Assembly (NCBI GenBank): GCA_051362555.1 | Contig: CM120646.1 | Span: forward strand, 14,446,001-14,510,000 | DNA: 64,000 nucleotides | Direction: 5' to 3' | Origin: Lingula anatina | Taxonomy: Eukaryota > Animalia > Brachiopoda | In this document: positions 12,891-27,890 of the stretch, piece by piece | Layout: every line of letters begins with the position of its first letter | Position numbering within the stretch: the first letter of the stretch is position 1 | Notes under the pieces: model-generated | Told to the model about the DNA's origin: nothing | Seen by the model: the letters and a program-made list of their open reading frames with translations, nothing else | Databases searched by the model: none | Position numbers and translations under genes: made by a program

Positions 12891-15800
12891 AATGATTCCC
12901 GCTTTAATGATTAACATCAACTAAAATAGCAAACACAATTTGTTGTGATCATAATGGTACTATTAATAATAGCAACATCACCGTCAAATAATAACACATT
13001 CTGTCATTATGTAACTGTACAAACAACCATCGCATATTAATATCCCCAATTTCGTCTTAAATACATCATCAAAAAATATGCCCCATCAATATGTCAAATT
13101 ATTGCCAAAATCCCCACGCCATGCGAGCAATATATCACTGAAATGGTGCTCCTTGTCTCTTTCAACATCAAAATTACATTAAGATGACATTATCGTTAAG
13201 GAGATATACGATAGTCCTGACGTGGATGTTTATCACGGCTTAATTCCGATCCCTTGTCCCCATTATTCTCTGTTTTATTTCGTCCGAAGTACACCCCAGA
13301 GCACCCCAAGAAGCCGGCTGGAGTGAACCGCCAGCAGAACGGTTTTTATTTCCGTGGCCGTCACAGTCTTTGAATGGGTTGCGTTTGCCAGCACATGCTG
13401 GAAATTTTGGGTCACAAACCCAATGAGCAAGCCCGATTTTAAGACAAATGGCCCATGAATGGAGATGAGGGTCGAAAAACATGAAAATGCAATTAATTAA
13501 GGACGTAAAGATGTTCTGGCTCTTGGATGTGCGCGTCATGGCGACTGGCGACACCATATACATCGCAGTTGGAAGAAGTGGCCTAAATTTCATCTAGTTA
13601 TAAGACATTGCCTAGCTGCAAGTCAGACTATTGTTGTTGCTATCTTTCAAGAATTCCACTTATATATATGCACAGGTCAATGATGGTGAAAGTCACGTTC
13701 AAGTTTAAAAACGTTTAGGCCCGAATAAATGAATGTACGTGTATGTATAGTTAGTTCAAAATCGGGAATAAAAGAGGAAATGTCCAGGCAGACTGACAAA
13801 CAAACAATTATGCAAGTAGCTAATCAAATGAAAAAAATAGTTATATACACTTCCATTAGTTCTAATTCAATCAGAACAAATAACCTAAATACAGGATATC
13901 AACAATGATTATCATACCAAAATTGTCTAATTTGAATACATAATTCTTGTTTGTAATTTAAAAGTCATCCAGTAAGAAGAAACAATATAGACGAAGGTGA
14001 TTTAAAGCTACTTCATACAGCTCAACAAATAATTTCGAATCTTTGCTCCTGGATCTTTGATGCTACACACTTCTTGATAGATAGAGTAATGGAATTTTTC
14101 TAAAACATAGAAAATACATACACAAATGAAAGTATTAGTAAATCTTTAGACCGCTTTATTGAAATGGACTATGTATTATTATTATTATTATCATCTGTAA
14201 GCCATATACCTACAGTCGCATATCAGAGTCTTTCTTTTTCATTCGAATTCATCTTCCCTTTTTGCCAACCAAATAACACACCTCGTCGAGTGAACATTTC
14301 AAGTTTTTTTTCTCTAAAACGACCGCTATTGCAATTTAGGTAGCCATATACCATACTTGCAAAACTACTGCTTTCGCCAACCATACAGAAAAAGAAGTTT
14401 TGCAGAATAATTTCTCTGTCTCATTATTCCGAGGTACGTGTAGCTAACTCATAATTTCAGTCTTCTCTTCATCTATGCGGTAGCTTCAAGGTGAAGAGAC
14501 ACCAAAGATTAACGTAGTTCATCTCAAAGTAATGTGCAATCTCCGTGTCAAACGAAAAGCGTAAATGTCTCTTTCCCTTCTTTGCCTGCTTTAACGTAGA
14601 TGTTTCCTTTCTTCAACTTTCATTGGGTTATCAATCTTGCGGCTCGGGCCACGTGATAATTATATCGTCTGCTCAGTATGTTTGTCATCAAAGAGGCGCC
14701 TTCTATATAGTTGTTTGTATTTACAGACACAGTAGTTTGCTGCGGCGAGCACTGACAAGACGAACCTCGCTGACATAATTCTCTTCAGCTCTGTTCTCAC
14801 AGGGCTATTTTGGACCGAACGCCGTCCCAAATGCCGTCATATATGATAATATTGGATCTCAGAAAGGTGTTTTTGCCTGACTCTTTTAGAGTGAGGTGTA
14901 AACACCGCAAAGTAAGCCATAATATTCACTTGGCTACTGAAACTATGACACCGGCTAAATTTGACGGCGTATAGACCTCCCGGACCCACCCACTCTCCAC
15001 CCTCTTACTTTACCCCTGTGTGATCCCACCCTCTAAAGAAATAAAGAGTAAAAAAAACACACACAATGGACATTTTTTAAAAATATATTTTTACAATGTC
15101 CATTAAAACTTAAAAGTACAATTGCTCCTATGCTAATTCCGTCGAAAAAATACGACTTTTCAACTATTAGCCAGTAAAGGTTAATGGTATCCAAGATTTA
15201 CAGTGGATTTGGAAGCTACGCCATTAATCTTTTTCTCCAATACTTTGGTATTAATTGTCTGGTCGACACTAGTAGCTACATGTACTTGTTTAGTGGGTTT
15301 TAGCTAGATCACAGCTTTGGTACTGTGTCAAATATATATATATAGGAAATAAGCACACCACGTCCAATAGTCACAATCCACTGTGACAAACGGAAATAAT
15401 CACGGAGAATACCTTTTCATTTTAAAGCAAATATATGTTGTTGTTGTTGCCTCTATCACGCGTGAAATATCGAGAATGTGAATTACAGTACGAAGTATTT
15501 CAGTGATATTCAAAATCCAGCTCAGTTGGGAAATCAAAAATAAATAAGATTCACTGAAACCTTCAAGCAATACAAGTGTATATAACATTCCCCGCTCAAT
15601 CAATAACGCATTATTAGAGTAGTGCATTTATAAATGGGAAACATAAAAACGCTCGTTTGGATTTTCTTATGAATGTGCTTTAACAATTCATTTTATATGA
15701 CCAGAGAATATCTTTACAGTTTGCGTTTTGCGTGCCAGTCTATTTATTATCTCAGAAGTAACTATCTTATACCCAGTACAAGCATTACAAGCAATGTAAG

Positions 15801-16920
15801 TTTTTTTTAATTAACCAATAAAATGTGATTCACGGGGCTGGTGACTAAAATAAACCTACACTGGTGGATAAATTACTTAGCTTAAAAAAATAGACCTTAA
15901 GTAAAAACAAAACCATAGTAATATATATAATAATGCCCATTTGCCACCGTGCGACAACGAGGCGCTATGATGTAAAATATAGATGTCTTTCCTACCTAAG
16001 TGTGATCCTCAAATTGTACGTATTTCTTTCGTGCTTTTCAGAGTCGGAATTGTCATCAGCAAGCTCAGTGATTTCAAGTACTCTCACTTCTACCACTTGT
16101 CTTCCCCGAGCAGTATAAAACCTCTTCTCCACAATCAATTAATTTTTATCTGTTAAAATCTAATGTCCGTCATTATTAATATTTTGTGTCAGGAGCCCAC
16201 GTGTTATAAAGACAAATTGGCTCATGGTTTCAGATAATAGGAGGGTTGCCGGAACAAAGTAGGTTTAATGGCATTTAAAATTCTTTCTTTGTTGAGTAGG
16301 GTTATTTCAAGCCCATCATTCATCTGAGCTATCAGCGAGATAGGGGTATTTTTGAGATCGTTTTCTTACCTACAGGTGGCTTGTGGCCTTCGGGTGGAAA
16401 TGGTTTGTGTTTTCTCATATGTATATATTTTGTTTACCTCTTACGACTGAATCATACCGAGTTTTGATGTACGTGCGTTACAGCGTGCACGCACATGCAC
16501 GTTTGTAAAAGAACAGGGCATGCTCGCGGGGTAAGTCTCGCGCAGAAAGCTAAGATTTTGAACCCAATTTTCTTTAACATTACAGAAGAATTTACTTCCT
16601 TCACAAATACATTCGAATGCATCAAACTTTTTCATTGCTGAAGAATGTAATTACACTTTTTCACGCGCTCTTCAAAGGATCAGAATTTCGTTAGTTTCAA
16701 CTATTAACACAGTGGCGAATTTTTTCAAACGCTGTCACACACACTTAATGTAACTTAAATTAAACTATTCCATGTAATCGGTTCTCACTCTCCGTGATGA
16801 AGAGCCATTGCGAGTGAAAGTCGTAACCGTATCGACTATCTCCGGAATTAATCTCTTAATCTTCTACCTGCATCAGTGATGTTATCTTTTCATGAGGCCA
16901 TATGGCACATCCGCATATTA

Positions 16921-16935
16921 CCTCCCCCCCCCCCC

Positions 16936-16982
<47 letters not shown>
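16921..16982. repeat. C-run followed by (CA)n
   Basis: Direct reading. Confidence 0.95.
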
Positions 16983-16984
<2 letters not shown>

Positions 16985-18376
16985 CTTTTCACAGTTTATT
17001 ACATATTCTAAATTTATTCTCAACTGTTTGTCTATCCTTTTCTTCTATGTTGGGCTGTCAGCTCTACTCATTGAGACGTATTCTACGCATATTTTAGCAT
17101 TGATTCCCTTTTTCTCCAGATGTAATCCCACTGTTTATATATTCCTGCTCAAGGAATAAATACTGCAAATGAATTTATTTTATTTTCTTATGTTTTGTCT
17201 ATATTTCATCTACATAATAGATGGTAGTTACGAGAGACCTAGCGTGTGGAAAATAAGGAAATTGTTTACTTCATAACTGACAAGACTGTACTGAAAAAAA
17301 TAAACAAACAAACATGTAGCCCATTGAATCCAACGATCACCAAAACAATCGATTTGAAAAGAGAGCATTTGGCCAGTGAATACATCAAGCAGGAGGAAAC
17401 AAGCAAGTGTTTGCGTCATGTTAAATATATATTTATACACTGTGTATTAAAAGTTATCCACATACATCGATATTGATTGCTTCCATTGGGAATTCTTTCT
17501 TGTGCTTCACAGTCCATTTATTGCATGGTCCAGCTGGCTAAACATGTCGCCGGACAGTGCACCACAAATAAAAAAAATGGTGCCATCACTTTATAAAATT
17601 GTGAACTTTGTAAATAAACTTTTTTTCTGAAGCACGTTCAAACTATAGGTCTAATTACAGTCATTTGTTTTCCAACCATACGTTTAACCTTACTGCGGAG
17701 ACATGTATACGTAAGCATTACCATTTATCGACTTCAGTTTGTTTTTTTGAAGAATAACATGTAAGAATACGGCTTATTTATAGTAATTCATAGAAACGTA
17801 TTAACCCCGGCAGTTGTCTATCCTTGTTTCCACTACGGCAGCATGCTAAATATAATTGTCTTCTTCATATCATCGTTCATTGCATGCCGACACTTCACGC
17901 TCAACGGAAACTGGAGAGGCAATTAATAAAGAAAGCTTCGTCATTGACAAAGACTCAATTATGGCGGGATCCTTTTGTATCGACGTTCACATTATGATCG
18001 CTTAATTGACTTGGGATAAACATATCAACATTATCGTACAAAGCGTTCAATACTCTGCTCTTCAAGGTCTATTAACATTCCTTGTGTTTGGGCTTCTCTC
18101 TTTCTCTACGTCTTTTAAGATTAAAATCTCTTAAGGCCTGCTCTGTTACATGCAATAAATGCCCGGTAGAACTTTATGGGGCATTATCTGCAAATAACAT
18201 TCAGTTAACACAATCTGACTTCAAGATAAAGGCACTCTTATTACCAGTTAATTCATAAAGATGTAATACAATGAAGGAAAACGATTTATCTTGGTGTTGT
18301 TGTGCTTAATACCTTTATACATTGTTTTACACGCCAATTTTTTTTTTAATCAAGTGGTCACCGTTTGGTGTTGAAT

Positions 18377-18378
18377 AT

Positions 18379-18413
<35 letters not shown>

Positions 18414-18416
18414 TTT
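18377..18416. repeat. (ATTT)n microsatellite
   Basis: Direct reading. Confidence 0.9.
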
Positions 18417-21400
18417 TAGCACACGTATGCACAGTTTTGGTTCACTTTTACGATAAATGTGGGAAAATGTGGAAAACAGAAGGACATTTCATTATTAGAC
18501 TTTCTGGTACGTCACTCTCTCTCAATATTTAGATCTTTCTTAGCCTGTAAAAAGCTTCATATACCACGATGCGAGCAGGCCTTCGACGTTCGTCAATAAA
18601 TCAATCAGATGTATATGACTTAATTGTCCTGTGCTTTAATTAAACCTGTTAGCATTTTAATGAAACACTATTTTTCCTCTGCAAATAAAGCTTGGGTTGT
18701 TTCAATTTATTATTCTGAAAGTGTCTGTTACATTTAATTACTCTGGATGTGAACCAAACTAGAATCAATTGCACATAGTCTCTAGAGCGACGAGTCTGCC
18801 AGGTTTAATCTAAAGTCCAGCCTAATGTGCCTTTAACATTTCCATGAGTTCAGCCACACTGTTTTTCTCGCTATTGCCATTAAGCGCATGGACGTCTACT
18901 AACATTTTTAACATTTAAAAAAAAGCAGAACGCACATGAACATACAATTACCAAGATATGCATGGGCATGCGCGCACACATATATACTTACAAGCACATA
19001 GGCGCAAAAGCATTTAGGCGAATACATGTCTCAAACAAGTATATGTAAAATATATATGCTCTCACATGCACGTTTTACTCACTTTAAAAATTCAATCAGC
19101 ACTAGTTTTGTTTTTTGACGTACCTCCTACATATATAACGTTGTAAAAATTATGATAATATTCTGTATAGAGCAGTTAATTGAGCGACTTTAGTTTGCTT
19201 GTTACTGAATACTAAAAAAGGGGGTAATACATCCTACTGACAGTAAACTAAACATAAAATCAACTTCCTTTCCTGGTCCAAATATTGTATCAGAAATATC
19301 AAACTATCATAGAATCACAATATAAGTTTTCAGTCAGCAACAGAAAACCAAACTCTGTTTCCTATTGCACCAAGTATTTGGGCAAGTGAAACTTTCTGAC
19401 AATTTTTGGGAGGAACATAAGTTACATAGTATTAACCACGACGCAAAGCCCCTCGAGTTACAGTTTAAATATTTATAAAAAACATCGTTACGTCATATAT
19501 AATTTACCATGACTGAATCACTACAAAATATATCGGAACGCGATAAAATTCTAAATTAAATGACCCGGAACATACGTTAAGCAGAACATACGTTACAATT
19601 CAGGCTCCTTACATAATGTATTTACATGGTAAAAAATTAGAAATTAAATTAACATTGTGGATTTTTGATCTAAACACATAAATGTGTTTTAAAAAGTTCA
19701 ATACAACTTTGAATTCATTCCATTTTACTTTTTGACACTTCAGCATGTGATATGCACCTCTATATTGGGTTTGGGTGGTGCACGTGGCTTTCTACATCGA
19801 CGTCGTCTAAAGTAAATGAGGTTGTGTTTAGATTGAAATCGTTGGTCTTCCACCAACTAACCCAAAATATTAAGCATGCATTATACCATACCACCCCCAG
19901 CAGATGATCACACCAAAGTCACGATCCTTGGTGGAATCCGAAAAAAAAAATCCAGAGGCTACTTTTACCAAGGGGCGAACGGTACGATGTGCTTATTTAA
20001 AAATAAGCACGGTGTCCTTTTCTTTCTGAAGCATTCTTAATAGCCAGGGAAAACGTTTAATTCTGCTAGACGTCTTGGATTTATTTATGGTTTAATCATA
20101 TATTCATCCGCGTTTTCTAAATCACCGCTTTCTACATATGAAATGCCTTAGTAATGATACTTAAGTATCGATGTAATCCAATTACCCATTACAGGACGAG
20201 TACATCAAGCCAGATCAGACAGACGAGATTGCAAATTGACTTTTCCCAGTGTCTCTGCTGTCTGGCCTTCTGAGCTAAATAAGGTCCCTAATAGATAACT
20301 TAATGTCTGGATTAGAACTTGCGCGAGTTTCCTGGAATGCCGATGTTTGCATTCAAGGTTATAACTCAAGAGCCTTGGCTTTTGACATATATTGTTTGGG
20401 TAGCGATTTTATCGGGATTCCGACTACCGCATTTATAAATTAATCTTTTTTTTTTACAGAGACAATCGTTTGCTTTACCCCGCGTACGTCAAAGTATCTG
20501 TCTATTTTTGAGGTACATGTGTATTAAATTACACTTTGCATAACTGCCTTTCCTGTCAGAAAGGTAATGCCTTAACCTTGGAGAGAACTGACGTATATTG
20601 TTAACCACCACAACAGACATCTCTATCCTGCTAGCGAATATGGGATATTTCCTTCTACGGTTAAAGAGGCCCCTGGGTCTAGCTATCTAATACGATTGCT
20701 CACAGAGACACTCACTTTATGTATTTGGTATGCATTTCAAATTAGTTGACATTTGTATATCGGTATGAAATGGATACTAATTAAGGTCGACCGGGTCATA
20801 CGTTCAGAATAGTACTTAATTGTATGTCTGACGGCTACTGATATATATACAAAGATGAGGAACATATCCAGATAGGGCCTCTCCAAGCAATCAAATCCTC
20901 AAAATGAGTTTAAGTTGGGGACGTACGTCTGTTAATGGTTTACGCTTATGAAAGTTCATCTTTGGAATAAGGTCGTAGATAATTATTGACTGGTATGGTT
21001 AGCTCAGTTAAAAGAAAACAACCAGGAATAGCCATGTATGGGTTACTTAATTGAGGCAAAAATAAGAAATAGAGGATTATTAATAGCTAATCAATTATTT
21101 CTTTGTGGCAATTAGAATGTTAAACTGGCACATGTAGATAGATAAGGTTGTTTCACGTAAAACCAATTTCATTGCATGCAAATGGACTCCATAATCGGAC
21201 TAGAAATTGTGTATTTAAAAAAAAAGGTTTAATCTGCATGTTGAAACAATTCCAGTCGTGTGTGCCTTACAGATGTCAAACATCAGATGTGTGCCGCTGG
21301 TCGTGTAATGTGCGCAAATGTATGCGTATTATAGGTTATCGTATGCCATTCATTGTATTATATAAACCTAAGGTCGCAGGTCTTTGTAAAAAATAATTCT

Positions 21401-23811
21401 AGAACCAATAAAGTTTGATTGATTTACAGACACAAGATTTTGATTAAGAAGGGCACTTACCTGGTGTTAATTCGTTCCGAGCTGCTGCAAAAAACAACAT
21501 ACAGTTGGTTGACAGTTAGAGGTTTTGATGTTCTTAGCGTTTCCGCGATGTTAACCGTTGTAGTTGAACCCTCAAATTTGAATACCTTATCACTTTTATG
21601 TTGCCCATCGTCTCTTAACTCTTACCACGAAGAATTTGAACCGAAATTTAGATTTATACGCGTTTTTCCCCGTAATGTGAATAAGCAACATAATGTCTCT
21701 TAGAGAAAAGAAGTGTTTGCTATGAAACTAACCGTTTTAATAACAACGTGGGCATAATATTGGCTGTTTTGTACATCACTCCTTTGTGCTTTATAAGCCT
21801 TTGACCACAAAAGACATGCTTAAACCATCTCCTGATTATCGGTTAGGCTTACAGTAATTCCCACCTTCTCCGAAGGAATCATTTGGTCATTTACATAATC
21901 CGTAACAATTGGAAATTGATATGTCCGATAATCCGACGAAATTCATTCATATGCACTCTATCTCAAAACGCATGCTTCCGTCTTTGTTCTGCGCCATGAT
22001 CGCTCTTCCGTGTTACGCCATGCAACACAATAGAAAATTCATCTCTCGTCTATATTTCCGCTCCATCGATAGACGCAAGAAATGATAAAATCGCCCTTTT
22101 AAGCCCCAGGGGGAATTTCCTTTTGAATAAGTTTGTCTGTGTCCTTGTTTACTATCTAAGACCTCAAGGCTGTGAAATAGCAGACGAGGATTTTATTCTT
22201 ATCGTCGTCTGCGATTATAAAAGACCGCGAGGACGATAGTCTGCCAACAGAACATGGCTGGTTTCGATTGAAAAGTGAATCTGCTTTATGAGTTTGCACT
22301 GAAAGTCGTACAAACTTTTTATTTGATTTGTCTCTTTCATGAATATGTGTGGCAATTGCAAGCTGTGTCTGTCCTTGTAGAATAGTAGTTTTTCACTTTA
22401 CAGGAAGCTGCGGGGTTATAAGATTTGGAATCCAATATCTCAATTTCTTTGGAGGTTACCACGAAGGATATTAAGTTATAGTACCATGCTCTTCAAGCCA
22501 GCCAAATGAAACTGATGTCAATAATGGATTCAAAAACATTGTGACTCCAAGCTGTGAAACAGTTCCGTAATCCCCTTTGTAACTATACATCTTTGTACAC
22601 TATATCAACCCCGGGTATTCTTGACGCCAAACGGTGGGCAAAGGCTATGGTCTGTCTGTTCCATCCTAAAAGGCATATCAGTCAAAAATCCCTCTTTGTC
22701 CATGTATATTGTTTCCCGGAGACATCCAACTAAGGCTTTGTTCGAAGCTTGGACCCTCTAAACAAGCTTGGCGCTAAAACACATTATCTTAGGAAAGCCT
22801 TCCTAGAGAGCAGTATGAGTCAAATATCGTTAACAAGAAATGCTCATTAGGCTGTCAACGGGGCATCTTCTCAATTATGGTTCTCAGAAACAGGGGGCCT
22901 ATGGGGATTTCGTTTGTAGCCAAAGAATCAATTGGCAAAAACTGCCGGAGAGATGCTTTATTTCAGAGATCTACATTTATACGTTGCATTCAATATTCAC
23001 TGAATTTAAGTCAAATACACCCTTGTGTATCGACCTATCCTAGAGCATTGAAGTAATACGCTTGAGTCTATTTCATGGGGACTAGCAAATGAGCCAGATA
23101 TTTTAGAACTTCGAAAAAACCATTCATTACGTATGACATACTGCAACGACTATTTTAGAGCATGAGGAACAGTCAGTTTCGTGAAATACATGTATCTGTG
23201 AAGAACAACCAAGCACATTCAAATGACGTACTGGTAGGCAAAAGAAAATTTTGAAAAGTTGGAAGTACATGCAATATGTAAAAAGACAGCAATAGAAAGC
23301 TATTTAACATGACGGCTTTCTTCAAAGTGATGTTTTAAAAGAGATATAAACCTTAAGGGCCATTTTAATTGTTTACAAACACATTCATTGCTAAATAAAG
23401 CCATCTAACTGCCTAAAGTACGTTTTTTTTTGTGTGTGTGAAAAGAAAAAATCATCAATCATCTAATTGGCAAAAGTATAAAACATGAATATTAAACTTC
23501 TGATACTATGACGTTAGAATTGTGAAATCAAATGACCTATAAAGTGACGTCATTCCTTATTAAAGTAGGATATAAAGACGAATGCTCCGCGGAACCTATG
23601 CGTACATTCTGTTTCCTTATGCCCATTGTCATGACGACAGTAGGTACAATCCTTTTCCGGCTCATCGTTATCTGAATTTGCCAACCCGGGAATTTTACTA
23701 AACTGCATAGTCGCAATGTCCCGTTTATATAGCACCGTGTCTTTCATATTGGCGTCATTATTTATTGAGGCCCAAATCGAGGAATGATCAATTTGATACA
23801 GTTCTACAGGT

Positions 23812-24063
23812 AGACCCCTTTCCCATAGACACCATGGGTCTGAGTGGATCGCCCGCCTCTCTCTGATTGCAATCAGCTTAACTGAATGGCATGCCTCCTC
23901 TGGTTTCCAACAGTTTCGTACTGGTTCATTGTACAATCACAAGCTTTTCTGTATTCTCCTCAACGCTAGGAGAAGGCGTGTTAATCGATTATACTGATTG
24001 CAATCAGCGAGAGTCCCCTCAGACTTGGGTCGATCCATGTAGACTTATGGTGTAATGGGGTCC
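23812..24063. mobile_element. Harbinger-like MITE family A, degenerate copy
   Basis: Shares arms (gattgcaatcagcttaactgaatg) with 697-880 and the core agcttttctgtattctcctcaacgctaggag (reverse complement) with 49896-50156. Confidence 0.75.
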
Positions 24064-24240
24064 TTGTTGCACAGGGCAGAGGTTGATATATCTTTGCTTA
24101 TGCCGATCTTTCAGTATGACACGAGTTGTTCAAATGACCTTGACCTAGGCTTCCGGATATATAAGGTGACGGCATGCTGAGATACTCGACATTTTTGCTC
24201 AACTTTGTATTCCATTGTGAAACCCAAGTGGAAATACTTA

Positions 24241-24272
<32 letters not shown>

Positions 24273-24849
24273 CAGTAATTGCAACCTAAAGGTCTAAGCT
24301 GTTCAATAAAGTATATCGAGATGTTTTTCAGTCTTCAGCGAGGATCAGTTTAATAGAATAACAACAACTTAAATTCACCATGTACATTAATGTCTTTATT
24401 AATATTTATTTACAGATCAGTCCTCGAAAACAATAACAAGGAAACATTTTCTTTTGTCATGAATACCGCAGTGCATAGACAATGTAGGACAAGAAATATC
24501 GATTTCACTTCACGAATATTAAAAAATATATATATATAAATAATCATCAAAGAAATGTTATCCTCACATAAGGTAAACATATGAATTGCTTCATAAATAA
24601 TCAAAAGAAATAAGTTGCGAGTGGATGGATGACATAATGCGACAAAATTTAAAACAAGATGTAGGCATGGATGGAATATGAACAAATATAAGTCTAACAT
24701 AAGAATATTCAAGTTAAATAATATAAGCATATAACAATAATGAACCTGTTGTACAGCGTGCAGATGTGCGTGCAAAATTGTATTTTTTCTGTCACACATC
24801 ATGTCGCTTCATTATACACCTACATGTATCACATTCCGTCCTTTCGTTA

Positions 24850-25069
24850 AACCCCCTTTACACTGGACGGAGTCTTTTCTGAATTCTTTGTGCAATCATG
24901 AAACTGACATTGCTGTGGTCGTAGAAAGGAGACACAAGCATCGCTTTAGTTGCAAAATGACAGCTCAATGACCGGCCAGCTGTCCTCACGTAAATGTATT
25001 ATATTTTTATTCTCAAACGGGGCCGAACTACGGGACTCAGAAAGGATGCCGTCCAGTGTAAAGGGGGCT
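24850..25069. mobile_element. MITE with ~30-bp TIR (Harbinger-like)
   Basis: ccccctttacactggacggagtcttttctga / tcagaaaggatgccgtccagtgtaaaggggg. Confidence 0.8.
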
Positions 25070-25893
25070 TTGCAATGTGATGTTCCATTTAAACTAAACT
25101 TTCGTATTGCAGCCACTTGCTATTAAGTCACCGCTCATTCAAAGCACAATCATTCACCACAGAATATTATGTAGTTACACGTTGCTTCATATTACTTTAC
25201 GAATTCGTACACAAAACAACCATTGTGCGGGGGTTCCAATGCGATTGCTTGTGTGCCTTGGTAGCTGTCTCACCTACCGCATTTGACCAGCGCCCCACTG
25301 CATATAGCTAACACATTTCTGTTTCCATTAAAACCGTACTGAGTATTTGTTCTTTCAGTATAGCAGCACTCATATTGTCTTCAAAACCAACTTTTGTGGA
25401 AATCGACTGCTTAATTTTTCTCTGCTTGCACTTGGCACATATTATAAACTCTGTTCACCACATTTGTGATCTCGCTTGTTTTTTTTTAGCATCTTGATGT
25501 ATTGTAACTCAATGAACAATGCTCAATCATGGGCGCATGTACAGTCTGCATTTAGGAGTTAAATAAGAAAATACATCTATCATCGGCATTTATCCGCCGT
25601 TTTCAGGGATTCCCGAAAATACAATGAGTTTTTATGGATATGTATATGCAAGAAGGTATGGTTGTTTTTTATATTTACTTGTCATGCAGAATCATGCCTA
25701 AAAAACTTTGCTACCTGACAAGGATCATATATAGTTTCTTACTTTTCTCTCACAATTTTTATTCTTTATAACACGTAAAACAACTGGATCTATCTACTTC
25801 TTTGATAAAAAAATATTTCATAGTTTAGGACGGAAAAATTCATTTCGCGGTGGAAACTCCAATAAATAATAAAAATAATTATTATGATGATGA

Positions 25894-25948
<55 letters not shown>
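25894..25948. repeat. (TAAA)n microsatellite
   Basis: Direct reading. Confidence 0.95.
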
Positions 25949-26024
25949 CTTTTGATGAAATTTTGTCATAACAGACTAGCGTGGGATCATTTCATTCCAG
26001 GAATTATTTTTAAAATAATAAATT

Positions 26025-26165
26025 CAGCGCCTGACTCCGTTCGTTGTGCCATGGTCGAGGGAACGCTGAAATGCAGAGTCCAGATCCCATTGATATGTAC
26101 ATTTTAACCCAGTTACGTCACGCTAACCCTAACCTGTACGGCTGTAATGGAGAGCTGGGCGTTTG
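26025..26165 (+). mobile_element. degenerate CTAACCCTAACC-type element
   Basis: Core attttaacccagttacgtcacgctaaccctaacctgta shared with 2679-2829; weak TIR cagcgcctgactcc / ggagagctgggcgtttg. Confidence 0.5.
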
Positions 26166-27859
26166 TTAAAAGGGTACTCATTTTCAACACAGGTTTGCAA
26201 AAGCCATTGCTTTAACCGTTCTGAATCACAATGCAAATAACTATGGGTAAACAGTATTGCGCGTCAGACCTTAACCGCTTTAGAAATTATTACGTAAGAG
26301 GGGTCATTTCAGAATATTGATGGGGCACAGCCCCATTGTACTCAGCGTAGTCGCGTGTTACAAAACAAACACATTATTTTCACATTTTCGCCGCAAGAGT
26401 ACACAAATCGGTAACACGGTGCACTCCGCCACGCGATCTTTAGTTTATCGTCAACCACCAGGTAGAATCTACCTATTCGTTGGCCACGTGACAGGTCTCC
26501 TAAGTATTACCACCTTTTATTAGGTAAAAAGAGCGTTTATTATTCACGTCGAAGTCGGCACGCTGATTACATTCATATGGGATTTATTACAAACTGTAGA
26601 TCCAAGACGGATCGATTTGTTTCTTGTTTCTAGATACATATTTGATATTTGTAGAAGAGCGGCGTTTACATAATATGTATCTGAAATGGCCTGCCTTCTG
26701 TTTTTGTTTACATAACCCATCCGACTGCCCAAAGAAATAATTATAGTATATATAAATATACATATGCTGTATTTACTTGGGACTGCATATAGCCAATATA
26801 AGTCTTTGCGCAGTATGTTTAGAGCTCGATGGAATGCTGTTGTATAAAAAAAAAGAAAAGAAAAAAAAAACGCGCTGGGATATTTGCCCTGGCAGTTAAA
26901 ATGCACAGACTGACAGTAAGGGTTAGCAAGACTCGTGTTAACAGCGGTAACCCCCGTTAAGTTGCCGTCTCATAAATATTGACCGGATCGTTATCCTTTG
27001 CAGAATAGCGATGGGTGTTTTCTCTCTCTGTCTCTCTTACCAATTAGGAAGCTACATGTACGGTGTACTAGACTAAACGTTGTTTTAACAAATTGGGATA
27101 TCAAGTTTCTAATCGTGCCATAATGTCTTTAAACATTCACTACTGAACGATGTCCATGTATTTTACCTTCTATTGTAAAAATATAGTCAGAAAATAGCAA
27201 AACTGCTTGCCGCAGTTGGAACAAGCATCAGTAATTCTCTCAGTAGCGATGATGATGAAAGTTATGTTCAATTATTAACTACTAGTGACAAAAAACATCA
27301 TAACTGACCCCAGCAAATGCGTTAAATATTGCTTCAATGACAGCGATGATGACTTATCAGTTTGTCGATAGCCTTAATAGTAAGCGTTATTCTATTACAT
27401 CTGTTAATTTCTTTGGTAAAATGCCAATTGCGTTGTAAAAATCACAATTTATGTGGTCCAGTCACTAACAATAAAACAAACATCAAATACCTGTGTTTAC
27501 CTTTTCCAATCGAGGCAAAAATGACAAAATTTAATCGATGGCACTTTTGCAACAGCGCTACTTTTTATTTGGAGATACCTCATTTAATTCTGTAACAAAT
27601 ATATCAGATTAAGAAAGCATAGTTTGACATTACAAACAGCTGTGGGGAATAAAGCTGCAATGAATGCACATGTACAGATAAAGAACGCAAAAAATGACGG
27701 ACGTGCAAAAGGTTGAACAGTTTAAGCATAAACATTAGTTTCTAACGTAGCCTGCATCCGAGTCCGTTTAAGATCTACTACCTACGGGCGACTCCGTGTA
27801 AGTTAAACGTGAACATTTTGCCACAGTTTTATGCAGACTCGGCAGAACCTGCCCCCTCC

Positions 27860-27890
<31 letters not shown>

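Noticed and set aside
13240-13593. 117-aa minus-strand ORF with an ATG start
   Set aside because: No recognisable family or linked exons; it could be regulatory or chance, and a BLAST search would be needed.
23550-23936. 128-aa minus-strand ORF
   Set aside because: Begins inside MITE family A; no recognisable domain.
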